Shown here: positions 22,412 through 24,000 of the stretch, in pieces
How positions within the stretch are numbered: the first letter of the stretch is position 1
Layout of the letters: each line of letters starts with the position of its first letter
Assembly (NCBI GenBank): GCA_010672825.2
Contig: JAAHFU020000006.1
Location: forward strand, 163,549 to 187,548
Reading direction: 5' to 3'
Origin: Leptolyngbya sp. SIO1E4
GTDB taxonomy: Bacteria > Cyanobacteriota > Cyanobacteriia > Phormidesmidales > Phormidesmidaceae
DNA: 24,000 bases
Made by a program: the position numbers and the translations under genes
Notes under the pieces: model-generated
Database searches by the model: none
What the model was told of the DNA's origin: nothing
The model's input: only the letters and a program-made list of their open reading frames with translations

Positions 22412-24000
22412 ATGCCGACTTTTCAAAACGCCTTCATCTCCTACGGCCGTGCCGACAGCAAAGCCTTTGCTGCCCAACTGAACGATCGCTTGATGGCCGC
22501 CGGCCTCACTGTCTGGTTCGACTTTGAGGACATTCCCCTGGGGGTGAATTACCAAAAGCAAATCGACAACGGCGTCGAGAAAGCCGACAACTTTCTGTTT
22601 TTGATCTCGCCCCACTCCATCAACTCCCCCTACTGCGGCCTGGAGTTGGAACTAGCACTGAAACGAGGCAAACGCATCATTCCCATCTTGCATGTAGAGG
22701 AAATTAGTCGGGAGACCTGGCAAGAGCGCAACCCTGGCGGGACGGACGCGCAGTGGGCGGAGTATCAAGCAACGGGCAAGCATTCCAGCTTTGCCAACAT
22801 GCACCCCGCCATCAGCAAAATCAACTGGGTCTACTTTCGTGACGGCATCGACGATTTTGAAGCCGGGTTGCAGGGGCTGCTCGACATCTTTGCGCGACAG
22901 CAAGATTACGTCCGGCAGCACACCGAACTGCTCGCCGCCGCTCTCACCTGGGAGCAAAACCAAAAGCGCACGCAATATTTGCTCACGGGTCAAGCCCGCC
23001 AACAGGCCGAAGACTGGCTGCAAGTTCGGTTCCCGGAGGCACAGCCGCCCTGTGTGCCCACCGATTTGCACTGCGAATACATCACCGAAAGCATCAAAAA
23101 CGCCCACAACTTGATGACCCAGGTGTTTTTGGCCCATGCCGAGGCTGACGCTGAGGTGATGCAGCAGATTCGCCGTTGCTTACAGCGGGAAGGGATTACG
23201 GTGTGGACGAGCGCCACCGACATTCGCTCGGGGGAAGACTTTCAGCAGGCCATCCGGCGCGGCATTGAGCAGGCGGATAATTTGGTGTATTTGCTATCGC
23301 CCGCCGCGATCGCCTCCGAATTTTGCCAGCAAGAGTTGGACTATGCCCTGTCATTGCACAAGCGCATCATTCCGGTGCTCGTCAGTGAAACGGATGCAGC
23401 CAATATTCCCGAAGCGCTGCAGGGATTGCAATATATCGAGTGGCTACCGTCTGAAGACGAGGCAGAACAGGCAGAGCGAGATCGCCCCCTGCTGAAAGCC
23501 CTCAAAGACGATGCCGCCTACTTTAACGAGCACAAAGTTCTGCTCACTCAAGCGCTGAAGTGGGAGCACCAGCAGCGTAACCCCAGTGTGTTGCTGCGGG
23601 GCTATAACCTGCGCCATGCCGAAGCGTGGCTGAAGGTGTCCCAAACTAGAACCCGCCACCAACCCACCACCCTGCAAACAGAGTTTTTACAGGAAAGTCT
23701 GCGCCAGCCCCCGGCCCCGTCGCTAGATGTATTCATTTCTTACTCGCGGGTGGATTCGGACTTTGCCCGGAGGCTGAACGATCGCTTGCAAATGCAGGGC
23801 AAGCTCACCTGGTTTGACCAGGAAAGCATCGCTTCGGGGGTAGACTTTCAGCAGGAAATCTATCGCGGCATCGAAACGTCGGATCACTTTCTGTTCATCC
23901 TCTCGCCGGAGGCGGTGAATTCGCCCTACTGCGCCGATGAGGTGGAATATGCCCACAAGCTGAACAAGCGAGTGGTGACGGTGCGCCATCGCCCGGTGGA
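22412..24000 (+). CDS. Multi-TIR-domain protein (at least three tandem TIR domains); partial, runs off the right edge
   Basis: Hand translation from ATG at 22412 (alternative ATG at 22328) is stop-free to 24000. TIR1 is MPTFQNAFISYGRADSKAF...LFLISPHSINSPYCGLELELA. TIR2 (from ~23123) is VFLAHAEADAEV...VYLLSPAAIASEFCQQELDYA. TIR3 (from ~23726) is DVFISYSRVDSDFA...LFILSPEAVNSPYCADEVEYA. It is probably missing from the ORF track because it has no in-window stop. Confidence 0.85.
   Translation, partial: MPTFQNAFISYGRADSKAFAAQLNDRLMAAGLTVWFDFEDIPLGVNYQKQIDNGVEKADNFLFLISPHSINSPYCGLELELALKRGKRIIPILHVEEISRETWQERNPGGTDAQWAEYQATGKHSSFANMHPAISKINWVYFRDGIDDFEAGLQGLLDIFARQQDYVRQHTELLAAALTWEQNQKRTQYLLTGQARQQAEDWLQVRFPEAQPPCVPTDLHCEYITESIKNAHNLMTQVFLAHAEADAEVMQQIRRCLQREGITVWTSATDIRSGEDFQQAIRRGIEQADNLVYLLSPAAIASEFCQQELDYALSLHKRIIPVLVSETDAANIPEALQGLQYIEWLPSEDEAEQAERDRPLLKALKDDAAYFNEHKVLLTQALKWEHQQRNPSVLLRGYNLRHAEAWLKVSQTRTRHQPTTLQTEFLQESLRQPPAPSLDVFISYSRVDSDFARRLNDRLQMQGKLTWFDQESIASGVDFQQEIYRGIETSDHFLFILSPEAVNSPYCADEVEYAHKLNKRVVTVRHRPV

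Noticed and set aside
22400-23989. Minus-strand ORFs (22400..22615, 22652..23137, 22990..23223, 23444..23677, 23723..23989) and plus-strand alternate-frame ORFs (22225..22527, 22791..23114, 23265..23495)
   Set aside because: All overlap the continuous plus-strand frame encoding three well-formed TIR domains. None has recognisable motifs.
1-24000. Frequent GCGATCGC palindromes (e.g. near 2487, 5213, 17644, 17826, 18553, 20048, 20175, 21964, 22048) as local regulatory sites
   Set aside because: This is the HIP1 element, which is dispersed genome-wide in many cyanobacteria. It is useful as a taxonomic hint, not as evidence of local regulation.
1-24000. tRNA, rRNA, transposase, integrase or IS elements
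   Set aside because: I recognised none on either strand by eye. Absence is not proven without tRNAscan, Rfam or ISfinder searches.

Overview
The window looks cyanobacterial: the HIP1 palindrome GCGATCGC recurs throughout. It reads as accessory, probably plasmid or conjugative-element, DNA with four blocks. (1) 1-2237, minus strand: a long ORF running off the left edge, then a LytM/M23-like peptidase. (2) 2513-9800, plus strand: a translationally coupled four-gene operon followed by a diversity-generating retroelement (DGR). The operon encodes a protein with a degenerate STAND-like NTPase core, a MoxR-type AAA+ ATPase, a vWA protein, and a protein ending in an FGE-sulfatase/C-type-lectin-fold domain. 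The DGR has an Avd-like four-helix-bundle gene, a DGR-type reverse transcriptase and a second stand-alone FGE-fold target. Both FGE genes end in a hypervariable tract that differs almost only at codon positions 1-2. I found no template repeat in the window. The RT looks C-terminally truncated exactly where the second target looks 5'-truncated. (3) 10217-16593: a type IV secretion/conjugation block with VirB6-, VirB8-, VirB10- and VirB9-like proteins and a VirD4/TraG coupling ATPase. (4) 17260-24000: conflict-system-type genes. These are an HTH-NB-ARC STAND NTPase with 14 WD40 repeats, an AT-rich orphan gene, and a protein with at least three tandem TIR domains running off the right edge. The most interesting candidate is the MoxR-vWA-FGE sensor operon physically coupled to a DGR, lying between conjugation genes. 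All calls rest on hand translation and motif recognition; no database search was possible.
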